A program made the position numbers and the translations under genes. Under the pieces are notes generated by a model. That model searched no databases, was not told the origin of the DNA, and saw only the letters and a list, made by a program, of their open reading frames with translations. Below, in pieces: positions 24,756-36,459 of a stretch of DNA of 64,000 nucleotides. Numbering within the stretch: position 1 is the stretch's first letter; each line of letters starts with the position of its first letter. Source of the stretch: Epiperipatus broadwayi (Eukaryota > Animalia > Onychophora); NCBI GenBank assembly GCA_028023455.1, contig JAQFVV010000005.1, forward strand, positions 19,654,001 through 19,718,000. The letters run 5' to 3'.

Positions 24756-25658
24756 ATGGTAAACATAGAAGCTCAGAAAACAGAAGAGATAGCTATGATA
24801 GCTCAGATAATAGAAATTATAAAAGCAGACCAAAAGAAAAGAGAAGAATATAACAAAAAATGGGATAAACAAAGAGAAGAATATAACAAAAAATGGGATA
24901 AACAAAGAGAAGAATATAACCAAAAATGGGACAAACAAAGAGAAGAATATAACCAAAAATGGGATAAACAAAGAGAAGAAGATATCAAACAGAGAGAAGA
25001 AGATAACCAAAAAAGAGATAAACAAAGAGAAGATGATATCAAACAAAGAGAAGAAGATAACCAAAAAAGAGATAAGCAAAGAGAAGAAGATAACCAAAAA
25101 AGAGATAAGCAAAGAGAAGAAGATATCAAACGGAGAGAAGAAGATAACCAAAAAAGAGATAAGCAAAGAGAAGAAGATATCAAACAGAGAATAGAAGTAA
25201 ACCAAAGAATAGGAAAACGAATTATAGAAGCAATAGAAAATCAAAATGAAAAGTTAAACCAGTGGATAAAGCAAATAACTCAGTCTAAAAAATTGGATGA
25301 GGAGGAAACTTTGGAATTTCCAACCAAAGATATTTTAAAGGAATCACAAATTGAATATCCTATTACTGATGAAGCAAAATTTGAGATTGTTAAAAAGGAA
25401 GAAATTGAAATTACAAAGAGTGACCTTGAAATTGTCAGTCTACCTTCAGGAAAACTTCTGATTATGGAATATACCTCTAAAATTGAAAATAAAGAAACAG
25501 CATATACAGAAGCTGAGAATGAAATTGTATCAAATACAGTAAAAGAGTTTCAAATGGATGAAAATGAATCTAATAAAGCAAAATTAAAATCTTCTGATCT
25601 TCAAGAAGATGAAAAACGTGAAAATGAACATAATCAAAAGCTTAATCCGATCATATAA
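24756..25658 (+). CDS. 300-aa coiled-coil, repeat-rich ORF, probably gag-derived
   Basis: Uninterrupted ORF downstream of the PBS with tandem KQREE(Y/D)NQK(W/R)D repeats. No CCHC knuckle. Confidence 0.45.
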   Translation: MVNIEAQKTEEIAMIAQIIEIIKADQKKREEYNKKWDKQREEYNKKWDKQREEYNQKWDKQREEYNQKWDKQREEDIKQREEDNQKRDKQREDDIKQREEDNQKRDKQREEDNQKRDKQREEDIKRREEDNQKRDKQREEDIKQRIEVNQRIGKRIIEAIENQNEKLNQWIKQITQSKKLDEEETLEFPTKDILKESQIEYPITDEAKFEIVKKEEIEITKSDLEIVSLPSGKLLIMEYTSKIENKETAYTEAENEIVSNTVKEFQMDENESNKAKLKSSDLQEDEKRENEHNQKLNPII

Positions 25659-26019
25659 CAAAGGGACTATCCAATATAGAAGAAAATGTTTCAGAAAAAT
25701 TGTCTGATATATGCTATGAAATAGTAACAAAGATAGAGAAAGGAACCATAAAATGGAAAGAAAAGTGTGTTAGTCCTCAGCCATATATAAAAATTATAAA
25801 CAAAAGCTTAATAAACTCAAATCAAAAATTGAGTACAGAAAAAAAATATATAAAGACAGTTATTAAAAATATAGTTGCTTACGCAGGAAAAGACACCAAA
25901 AAGGAATCTGAAAACTCAGGATTTATCAGTGTGAAAAAAATTAAGCAACAAGAAACTTTTACAAATACCAAAAAAAATAATTACTATGGCAGAAGAACCA
26001 TTTAAAAATAAACTTTTAT

Positions 26020-26190
26020 GTAAAAATGAAGTACCACCATGGAAGAGGAACAGAAAAAAATTCACAGATGGTGTTCATGGTCTATATCGGGCGCATATAA
26101 TTAGAAGATCAAACAGTAACAATGATCTCCAAAGAAAATACGGAAGTGAAGAAGCAAGACATCACAGTAATGTTAAACATGATAAATTTT
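26020..26190 (+). pseudogene. Possible remnant of the Gypsy integrase C-terminal GPY/F domain
   Basis: KKFTDGVHGLYRAHII...HHSNVK resembles K(F)...GPY.I...H.SNLK. Similarity judged by eye only. Confidence 0.35.
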
Positions 26191-26877
26191 CAACGAAGAG
26201 ACGATCCAGAAGTATGTCACCTCATAATATAAAAGAGGACTATAGGAGAACTGATCATGATCCTCAGTCTCTCCAAACCAAGTTGCAGTTATGATTCAGA
26301 ATAAAATAGAGATAGCTGATGGAAAAGGTTTGTGAGTGTGGTGTAGTGATGCATGAACTTGTGTTTTTCATGTTGAGATGGTGGATGATTGAGCGGAGCT
26401 GCTTGGATGCATTGTGTTATGATGCTCCGAAGTATATGCTCGGCACTATCCAGACCTGGATGTTGTGCTCCAAGAGTAGTCCAGCAGTGCGTATATATAG
26501 GTCTCATGGATAGGCCTTGGTCTCATGGATAGGCCAAATGATAGCCCCTAAGACTCACCGAAGCTGAGCAGGGTTGGCTGAGTGCCAAATTGATTTTTTT
26601 TCTCTGGCTCCTATTCTTGGTTGGATGATACTTCTAGGTACAAGAGAGGTAGTGCTTAAAAATGAGATATTTTCTCGTGACGTCATGAGGCGGTGTGTAC
26701 TGGTAGTTTGTGTTTGGCCATCTATTTATCCCAGCATTGGAGGCTATGGTTCATGTATTCACTTTTCCAGCTCATCTTACCCATTCATCAGCATATCTAA
26801 AACCAGGCAGTACTGAGAAATAATGTGTATAGTATATGGAATGAAATCGTACTTCCAGGCGATTTCATCCCAAAATT

Positions 26878-26890
26878 TGGTGAGGGGTAA
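26878..26890 (+). promoter_or_regulatory. Polypurine tract
   Basis: Purine-rich GGTGAGGGGTAA immediately before the TG of the 3' LTR. Confidence 0.65.
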
Positions 26891-28910
26891 TGAGACAGAT
26901 ATGCTGTCCCTCATATAAATATTCAAAAGATCCCCCCCCATTCAAAAATGTCTAGCGTGATTCAGTCTAATTGGAAACGCAATAAAGCTGTGATTTGTTA
27001 AAAAAAAAAGGAAAAATCATATTTTTAATTTTGTGATTGATGGATTTAAATAAAATGTTAAGTTATCTTATTTTTTTTTTTATCTGTCTCAATAAAAAAA
27101 AAGAGAAATTAATTATCCAATCATTAAAAAGAAAGAAAAAAGATACTTGAGTTAAACTGAGGCAGTATTCAAATTAGACACGTCGTGGGAAGAAAAGAAC
27201 CTTTTTTTTTTTCTCTCTCGTCTTACACAGAGAGGCAGAATATATTAAATCTTTTTTTTTTAAAAAAAAAGGTGTATTACTTAATTCTTTTGACTCATTA
27301 AAATGGAAAAAGAAAGTATTCATAGAGGAATTATAATGTCAATGGGCTAATTTATCAGCTTCAATCTCTCCACGCTGTGCCATGACTTTCCATCGATGAA
27401 ATAACCCGCATTCTTTTGAATAAAATGGACTGCAAAACTGGAAGGTAATTTTTATAAAATACTAAAACATATTTATCATACGTTATAAAGTGGAATTATG
27501 AAATAATTACATAGAATTTGTTTTGTAAAATATTAAAACATGTTTATCATACGTAATAAAATGAAGTTATGAAATAGTTATACGCAAATTTATTTATAAA
27601 AATATTTGAACGTATTTACTATATGAATTAGAAATGCTTTAATTGCATATTACTTCTATCTGGGTAATGTAACAGAGTTTATGTATAAGAATATACTTCT
27701 ATATTTGGCTAAATTATAAATGCCTCAATTATCAAATGATAAATGCTCTACAAACCAAGAATTGCTGAGTTCAAATGTCTACCAATCGGTAATAATTCAT
27801 AAAATGATGAAATGCTGTATAAATCATAAATACTTGACTGCTTCTAAGGTTCTTACCTTAAATGAATTCAAAATGAATTATTGTATAAACCATAAGTGCT
27901 TGACTGCTTCAAAATGAATTATTGTATAAACCATAAATGCTTGACTGCTTCTAAGGTTCTTACCTTAAATGAATTCAAAATGAATTATTGTATAAACCAT
28001 AAGTGCTTGACTGCTTCAAAATGAATTATTGTATAAACCATAAATGCTTGACTGCTTCTAAGCTTCTTCTCATAAAGGAATACAAAAACAAACTATTGTT
28101 GAATTGAATTTTCTACTTCTTCTCAGATACAAAAATAACTATTGTTAAGTAATAATTCCAAGCTTCTTCTCATAAAGGAATTAATGAACTATTGTTGAAT
28201 TAGAATATTCACAAGCTTCTTCACATAAATGAATTTAAGATGAATTATTGTATAAATCATAAATGCTTTACTGCTTCTAAGCTTCTTCTCTTAAATGAAT
28301 TCAAAATGAACTATTAAATGAATTCGAAATGAACTATTGTTGAATCAGAATAATCCCAAGCTTCTTCTCATAAAGGAATTAATGAACTATTGTTGAATTA
28401 GAATATTCACAAGCTTCTTCCCATAAATGAATTCAAAATGAACTATTATTGAATTAGAATGTTTCCAAGCTTATTCTCATAGAGGAATTAATGAACTATT
28501 GTTGAAATTGCAAATTAATTGTTATTTAATAAATTTTTTTTGTTACTAAAAATTAAATTGGTTGTCCAGTTATCCAATTCTGTTTTGTTTTAATGCATCA
28601 CTCATCAGTTATAGCACTGGTTCATGAGAATCTCATGTTCTCTGAGCTACGTCTGACATAACTTGACCTAGGCCAGTCAGGTTGTAGTGAGATGGAACTC
28701 TAATGGCGCTCTTTGGGAAACCAAACATAGAAATATTTAGATGTTTCCAGTCTCTATGTACTACATCCTCTGATGAGCAGGAAATATTGTTGTAGGGGGG
28801 CATTAACATCCGCATTAAGAATATCAATTGACGGTTCCTTCCTGCAGCATGCTCATCAGAAAATTGTTACAACTGACGTAATAAAATGGTTGTATGGCGG
28901 TCCGGTTACA
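26891..28910 (+). repeat. 3' LTR (2020 bp)
   Basis: Starts TGAGACAG and ends GTTACA. Confidence 0.9.
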
Positions 28911-30264
28911 ATATATATGGAAAGCTCCAGGTGATAGAGAACGAACATTATCAAATTGACTATATATATATATATTGATTCAGGATAGATACAAGAATAC
29001 TATTATGGGTTCACATGCTTTACCTGGTGCTGATGTAACTCATATCATAATTTGTTGATGACAAATTGAGGTTGAGTTTAAAAAGGGGGAAAAGATATGT
29101 AAGATGGGACTTAGATAAATTGAGAGAAATGGAGAAAGCAAAATTTGTTTTAATATGTGAAATTGCAGTAAAAAGGATTGATAAAGATAAAGAATATTTT
29201 AATAGTTCTGATAAATGTAGGTGCAAGATTAAAGAAGGATTATTAAAAACAACAAAAATTGAAATAGGCACTATTCAATTAAAGAAAGCTAAATGAACTT
29301 GAATAACTGAAGGTATGTTGGAAAAGATGGAAGTACAGAGAAGATGGAAGAATGCTAATATTGAGAAGGGCAAAATGCATATAGAAAAATTAATAATGAC
29401 CTAAGAAGAGAAAGAGATATAGAGAGACTTCAATAGTTGAAAAGACATGATGTGGTATTTGATAGAATTAGAAATGTAACTTGGGAGAAAAAGACATGGT
29501 TATTAAGTTAAATTGTGGATAAGAATGAAATGAGACTAAAAGAATTAATTATGAACTTGAAAATGAAGATATTGAAGTAGATAATAAAAGTATGGACATA
29601 TTGCCAGATTAATTAATAAAGTCAATTGGACAAATGAAGAATGGTAAGGCTGTTGGATTTGATGCAATACCTGCAGAATTTTTGGAAGAATTGGGAGAAT
29701 TTATTGTGATGGAAATAATTGGACTTTGCAATTTGATATCAGTATTTATCCTGAAGATTTTTTAAGGATTATAATGATTTCAATTGCTAAAAAGAAGAAA
29801 GTTGTTAAATGTGAAGAGTACAGGACTAAATATTTGGGAAGGTAGAATATTATATTGGAGAACAATTTGGTTTTCAGAGAGGGAAAAGTATAAGTGATGT
29901 TATTGGTATTGTTAGACCAATTGCAGAGAGAGATATTGAAAAAAATAAAGAAATTGGTGTATGTGTTGTGGATATGGAAAAAGCATTTAATAGAATAATC
30001 TGGAATAAACTTACGACTATTTAAAAAAAAAAAATGTATATTTTAGAGAGGAGATTTAATTTGGAATATTTATATTGGGCAAAGAATAAGAATTAGACTG
30101 GAGAATAATGAGACAGATGAAGTAAATATAGAGTAGTCAAGAATACGATATGCCATCTGTTCTTTTTAATATTTATTTAGAAGTTATGATTAAATAATTA
30201 TTTAGACTATGGAGGAGCATATATTGGAGATAGAATAATAAAATGTATAAGATTTGCAGATGAT

Positions 30265-31239
30265 CATCATTTCTTATGCTTGCTCAAGCTGTTAAAACAG
30301 GCAAAACTCTCCGTTCAGTAGTACCACTGAGTGCAAGCCAGAGTAATCAATGGATGCAACAAGGTTTGTGCATAAAATCCCTATAAAGTGCCTACTCATC
30401 CAATATCCCCAGACTAGTTTCTAACTTGCGACTTTCATCAGTGAAGAGCCTTGAGTCTGAGAGCACTGCACCTAGATCTTAGGATCTAGTGCAACCCTCC
30501 AGCAGCCACCTTTTATCTCAACTACAAAACTACGAGTCTAAAATTTAATCCAAGCTCATTAGCTTATATAATCATATAGAACTCAGTTGTACCCATACAT
30601 TTTGGTGTCTTTGTCCTTTTAATAACCACTCTCCTATTAGGCAGGATTGGTATTAAACCACTAAACATTCCATGATCACCATTTCTTATGCTTTCTCAAG
30701 CTGTAAAACAGGCAAAACTCTATACAGTAGTCCCACTCAGTGCAAGCCAGAATAATCAATAGATGCAACTAATGTATGGATAGTTTGCCTGTTTTAACAG
30801 CTTAAGCAAGCATAAAAAATGGTGATCATATGATGTTTAGTGGTTTAACATCAATACTGCTTAATAGGATAGTGGTGGCTATGGTTATTAAAGAATCAAA
30901 GACACCAAAATGTATGGGTACTGAACTGAGTTTAGACCTATATGACTATATAAGCTAATGAGCTTGGATTGAAAATATTATTGTGTTTTCAATTTTAGAA
31001 TCATAGTTTTGTAATTAAGTAGAGATAAAAAAAATGGCTGCTGGAGAGTTGCATTAGCTCCTAAGAACTAGATGCAGTGCTCTCAGATCCAAGGCTCTTC
31101 ATTGATGAAAGTCACAAGTTAGAAACTAGTCTGGGGATATTGGATGAGTAGGCACTTGATAGGGATTTTATGCACAAACCTTCTAGCATCCATTGATTAC
31201 TCTGGCTTGCACTGAGTGGCATTATGGAGAGTTTTGCCT
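30265..31239. mobile_element. Family 1 hammerhead fold-back insertion, copy C (each arm more than one monomer)
   Basis: 14-bp TSD GATTTGCAGATGAT at 30251-30264 and 31240-31253. Monomer period is 412 bp in the left arm and about 448 bp in the right. Hammerheads at 30406-30447 (-) and 31096-31137 (+, C3 to T). Confidence 0.9.
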
Positions 31240-32248
31240 GATTTGCAGATGATATGGCTCTTACAGCTGAGGATGAAAAGTGTCTTCAGAATACATTGAA
31301 TAAATTGGAGGAAGGATGTATGGAATGAAGATTAGTGTTGAGAAGGCTTAAGTGTTTGTGGATAGGAAGGACCACATATTGAAATCCATGATAACATAGT
31401 TCAACAGATAAAGGGATTTAAATGTTTGGGTAGTTTGTTGAGTGAAAATGGAAGAAGATGAAGTTAAAAGAATAGCATTGGCAAAGGAGGTATTTATTAG
31501 GACAAAAAAAAATATTTTGTAGACCTTTGAAGAGAAAATTAAGGAAATGATTAATTAAATGCTGTGTATGTAGTGTACTATTGTATGGTTGTGAAACATG
31601 GACAATAAGTAATAAAATTAGGACCATATTGGAAGCTTTGAGATTGCTCATGGAAAAGAATGAAACAAATCAGTCGGATTAATAAAATAACAAATGAAGT
31701 TTTGAAAAGAGTAAATGAAAAAAGAAGATTGATTGAGGAAATTAGAAATAGGAAGAGAAACTGGATTGGACAAATATTAATAAGAAAGTGAAATTAGAAA
31801 TAGGAAGAGAAACTGGATTGGACAAATATTAATAAGAAAGTGTATTTTAATGAAAGTTGTTTTGGAGGGAATGGTGAATGGAAGCAAGAAGAAAGGACAG
31901 AAAAGATTGACATTGTTAGATGATATAAGAGATGGGAAGAATTGCATTGGATTGAAGAGCTGGGCAATGAAAAGAACAGAGTGGAAAAATGGATGAATTA
32001 GTGGTGTGACTACTCTCTTGACCTGTCCACGGGACAGTACTATTGATGATGATGAAGGTATCTTATAAGAGAATTTAATTTTGTAATAAATTTATAAATT
32101 TTTGGAATGGTTTTCTTGACTATTAGAAATCTCGTCTAAGATTTAACCAATATTTAATTTTAAAATTTTTGTCATCTTAGGTCTTCTTTTCTTTCAGATA
32201 GCTGATCCAACTAACCTCCAATTCTTTCTAAATTAGTACATTGGGAAT

Positions 32249-32826
32249 AACTGAAACACAGGCTTATTATATATCTGTGTCTATATATGTAATATAGGGT
32301 ATATGAGCACAGACTTTCAGATGACCCATCACTGTCCACTCTATATACCCTATATTACATATATAGACACAGGTATATAATAAGCCTGTGTTTCAGTTAT
32401 TACATTGTAGAGATGTCTGCCCATCCTTGCATATGTATTGAATGGATTATGTCCTGTACATGTGGGGTTCAGATTGACCTTAGGTCAACATGGGTGTGAC
32501 AAGAATCTTGGCCTCAGGGTGGCCTTCGAGCATTCCATCATCAGATTTTCAATTGGATGGATGGTTGAAGAGTTGGATTGTGTAGTAGATTGGAGCCTGT
32601 CCATTAAAGTATGAAGATTGTCTATCTTAATATATATCTGAGCACTTATAGTATATATGTGTTGGAAATGATAATCTGGACCAACTGATGATTGCTGGTT
32701 TAGCATGAAATACGTATATTGGTGATTATTTATCTTTTCAGCATATATGTGCTTGAGTGTGTCAGTGTTATAGATAGAGTGGACAGTGATGGGTCATCTG
32801 TAAGTCCGTGCTCATATACCCTATAT
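32249..32826. mobile_element. Family 3 hammerhead fold-back insertion (471-bp monomer)
   Basis: 12-bp TSD TACATTGGGAAT at 32237-32248 and 32827-32838. Short antisense arm 32249-32344. ATACCCTATATTAC recurs at 32345 and 32816. Confidence 0.88.
32680..32723 (+). ncRNA. Minimal type I hammerhead ribozyme (family 3)
   Basis: ACCAA CTGATGA T-TGCT-GGTTT-AGCA-T GAAA TACGTA TA TTGGT. Stem I is ACCAA/TTGGT and stem III is the palindrome ATACGTAT. Predicted cleavage after A32718. Confidence 0.8.
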
Positions 32827-34390
32827 TACATTGGGAATGAAAAGTTGTCCAAATTTATTGTGATATTTGGTAAATCTCAGAAAGCTACTTTGGTTTTATT
32901 GTGAATTGTTTGGTTTAGAACCTATTTTTAAATGTTTAGCTATTTATATAAGTATCAAAGCTAGATATCATTGTATTCATCTATAAATTAGGTGATAAAA
33001 GATCATTTAGTCATGAAGTAGATCTATCATACCTTTGAGATAGTTGTCTTGACAGCTGAACTCATGCTGCTACAAGATATAGCCATACTTTTTATGCAGG
33101 TGTTAGACTAGATATATCTCTGCAATACTCATAAACCAATTATATGGTGAGAGATTGGATAAACTTAAAACATTTGACATATCTGAGATAATTATTTTCA
33201 CTTACTGCCTCAAAATATAATCCATCTTCATAGGTTATGCTACTAGTTAATTAGAACGATTTTCTTGCTTATGTCTGGCATAAAATTAGGTTCTACAACT
33301 TCGGACCATCCACACTGCTTGATGGTGCTGTTTCTATGTAAAAGCACAGAAATATGCTGTTTACAAGGCCGCTCATAGATCTGATCTTAAGGCCTGTAAA
33401 CTGTTCAAACATGATGTTGATGAAGTTAAGACTTCTCCAACATTGTTAGCATTTGAACATTTAGCAGCAACGTGTAGTGGCAGTCTATATAGACGTTAGT
33501 ATTGAATATTCTACAGCGTATGATATGAGACTTTCTGTAGTTGTAAGCAAAAAAAGTGTAACAGTACGCAATTCAAAGTTTTTTGTTTTAAATATATTGT
33601 AATTTGTATAAGTAACTACAAATTATAACTATTTCGAAAAATCCCTAATTTCCTTTTTAGGTGGCACAATTTAATAAATGAGGGGTATAAGTCGTGATTT
33701 GGCAAAGTTCACATGAAAGTCGCACAATTTGCGAGAAGTTTTCAGTGAAATGTTATTGTTTGTGTATATATATGAAATCAAAGTTCCTTTTTTTTTTGTT
33801 TTGCAAGCATTATTTTAAAAATAATGAAATGTTGTTTTTTTTTTTAAAAAATCCAAAAATATTTTTTCTTTTAAAAAGCCCGGTAACGTTATATCTATTT
33901 GTTTTGCAATAGCAACAGTGCTATCATGTGATGTGGATTGTCCTAAGTTGTAGAACCTAAAATTGTATTTTGAAAAACTTATTTCAGAAAAGAAAAATAA
34001 TTGAGAGAAACTGATTGGATATTTTGGAATCTCATATCCTTACCAGTTAATTAGTAAAAAAAAAAAATTAATATCCCAGGTATAACAATTACTTTATCAA
34101 AAGTTACAAATTGAAATTGAATGAATTCAATAAATAAATAAAAGAAAAAATTTGCAAAAGATAAATGTTCAATAGAGGAAAAAAATTTTGCCCATAAACT
34201 TAAGCTATAATGATGACACTTTATAGAAATTCTTTCTAATAATTTTCTGATTTTAAGCTCAGCAAGTAATTGATTGGACAATTTCCTACCAGTTTTATCT
34301 AAAGAAAATGCCCAAACTTTAAAAACATCTGTTAAACTAGGGAAGGGAAGATTAGACCTAATGTGAGATTATCAATGAAAAACCAATATT

Positions 34391-34494
34391 TTTTTTCTCA
34401 TGTGTCATAGCATCAGCCGGGAAGCGAACCCGCTAACCCGGGACAACTGCTTGTAAAGCAGCTGTCGCTGACCTCTCACCCACCAATGCTTGAC
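34391..34494 (-). mobile_element. tRNA-derived SINE (family S1), copy 2
   Basis: Shares the 3' end gggttcgc.tcccggc.gatgctatgaca.atg. Anticodon-like arm CTGC-TTTACAA-GCAG. 15-bp TSD TGAAAAACCAATATT at 34376-34390 and 34495-34509. Confidence 0.8.
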
Positions 34495-35259
34495 TGAAAA
34501 ACCAATATTGTCAGCTATAAAAATAATTCCTGATATATTTGAAAAGAACTTTCTTTGTACAACCTTTGCCAAACTTTATAATTTCTGCTATTTAATTTTG
34601 TGAGAATGCCAGAAACTATATCTTTTCAGTAGTCTATCTTATGGATAATGCTGTGGATGAATTTATCTTTGAGATAAACCTCTTATACTGATTACAAAAA
34701 TGCACTAGTTGTTTTTAGCAATAAAGTAAAACAAAGAAGTCTTAAATTCTAACAATCAATTACTTTGATAGTATTGTTTTCTGGCTCTCTGTTTTCTTCA
34801 GTTATTCTGGAAATTTCTCTTACATAAGTAGGCATTTTAATGTTACAGTGGGTTTAGTAATGCTTTGATAAAGCTCTAAATATTGAAATGCTAACATGTA
34901 TTGTATTATGGTGATGATAAGCTGCCCCAGTGTTGAACATGATGAAAATGTTAATTTATATATGTTGAGTACTGAGCCAAGTAGTACTCCATTTTTATTC
35001 ATGAACATTGAAAAAATGCAAATAAATTCACTCATTTAATTTTTCTACTTTTTTTTTCATGCAGGGGTATTGCTATTGTGTTTGATATATATATATGTGT
35101 GTGTGTGTGTGTAAAAGAAAATCATAATGTAAAAGTAATGTGCTTTTTGAAAAGGATATATTGATAACAATAAATTATATTCAGTTCATTTAAAGACAAT
35201 ACATAATATTGTGTGTTTATATGTAAGTTTCTATTCATAATTTTATATCTTTGTTTTAG

Positions 35260-35434
35260 AATTTTATTGGATCTTCTACATATGAATGTCTCTCCGGTGG
35301 CAATATTAGAAATGTTGCGAAGTATGAGTGGACAGCGGCGAAGAAAAACATACAGCAGTGCTGATTCTAATAAAACAAGTGGTCGAATCACTCAGAGAAG
35401 TTATTCCGCAAAGCTTCCTTTTAAGCAAGTTTAA
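35260..35434 (+). CDS. MZT2: MZT2 homologue, coding exon 2
   Basis: Pyrimidine tract and AG end at 35259. The first base A completes AA|A = Lys, then ILLDLLHMNVSPVAILEMLRSMSGQRRRK...KQV, with TAA at 35432-35434. This matches human ILVDLLKLNVAPLAVFQMLKSM (recalled), the phase is compatible, and the joined protein is 104 aa. AATAAA lies near 35583. Confidence 0.88.
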
Positions 35435-36459
35435 AAAAGTGTTTTTCATTTTATTTTGCTTGTTTTATTTGTATATATTGTAATATATAAATTGTTATTA
35501 TATGTAGTAAAAATTAATGTATTTTAAAATTCAACTAGAAACTATCTCATCATATCTAATTATAATATATATCATTATTCATAATAAAAAAAAACAATAG
35601 CCATGTGAAGCTAATATAAGCCTGGCATATTCCTAATATTTATTTTCCTAAAATGTTTCTCTACACAGAAACCTTTGAGTGTGTTAAAGCTTTACTTATC
35701 TTTAAAATAAAATCTGAATTTGATGTATTAAAAATAATTTTTGTAGCCTTATGAGTACATATTAATTTTTTAGTTGCTTAATATGAATATCAGTAAAAAA
35801 AAAAAATTTCAACTGTTTAAATTCCTTTAATGTTTTTATTGCTAATTCATTTTTTATAAAAAATTTAAGAAGAAAAATATATTTTTTACCTTACAATGTC
35901 AGTAATATTAGAAATAATTTTTGGTGTAGTTATGCTTTATAATAATGGCAATTTACTGTAGTGGTAAAAATTTTAAATTATGCATCCTTACTATTTTTGT
36001 GGACTTTTAAAATACAGTTTTTACAATAGTTTGAGTTTGCATATTGCAAAAATAATATTGTCACGAAGTTAACAACCTGAAAAACAATAAAGTTGAAAAA
36101 ATATGATAATTATTATAAAGCAAAAAATTTAAACCTGTTTTAAAGTTGTTAATTTTATATTAATAAATTATGAATTTTGATAACATCTGAGTAACAACTT
36201 TACTACTTTTTTTCTTTACAAAATCATAATGAAAATGATATTTAAAAAGTTATGCTTTGTACTATCAGTAATCAAAAAATGAAAACGCTTATATATTTCA
36301 TTTTTTGCTCTGCGTTCATATGTTCAGTGAATGATGTGTGAAGGATATTGTTATTACACATAGAATTCACTTAAAATAAACATTAGATCATGCAATTTGT
36401 TTTATTAAAATTAGCATTATAATTTTCAAATACATATATATCAATTAATAGTGCTCTGT

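Larger units (their letters stand above)
22309..28910 (+). mobile_element. Non-autonomous Gypsy-type LTR retroelement
   Basis: Two LTRs of about 2 kb with TG...CA ends, a 4-bp ATAT TSD (22305-22308 and 28911-28914), a PBS and a PPT. No RT, RNase H or protease recognised in the 2546-bp interior. Confidence 0.9.
21320..32057 (+). mobile_element. Decayed near full-length RTE-clade LINE, split by an LTR element (22309-28910) and a fold-back element (30265-31239)
   Basis: Endonuclease N-terminal part about 21820-22308 (GLCEVR, RGSSLVQFCK) resumes at 28911 (IWKAPGD..QIDY..QDRYKN). RT motifs GKAVGFDAIPAEF, QFGFREGK, VDMEKAFN, IRFADD|MAL and LLYGCETWT, then RKRNWIGQIL, ending in a (GAT)n tail at about 32045-32054. 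Confidence 0.85.
572..35259 (+). other. 34,688-bp GT-AG intron of the MZT2 homologue
   Basis: GTAAGT donor, TTTTAG acceptor, and the frame and motif join exactly across it. Confidence 0.8.

Noticed and set aside
24738-25244. Hydrophobic minus-strand ORFs (168 and 126 aa)
   Set aside because: They are antisense shadows of the purine-rich repeat in the plus-strand ORF.
23143-28827. Duplicated ORF pairs (23143/27720 and 24067/28633) read as a gene duplication
   Set aside because: They are chance frames inside the two LTRs.
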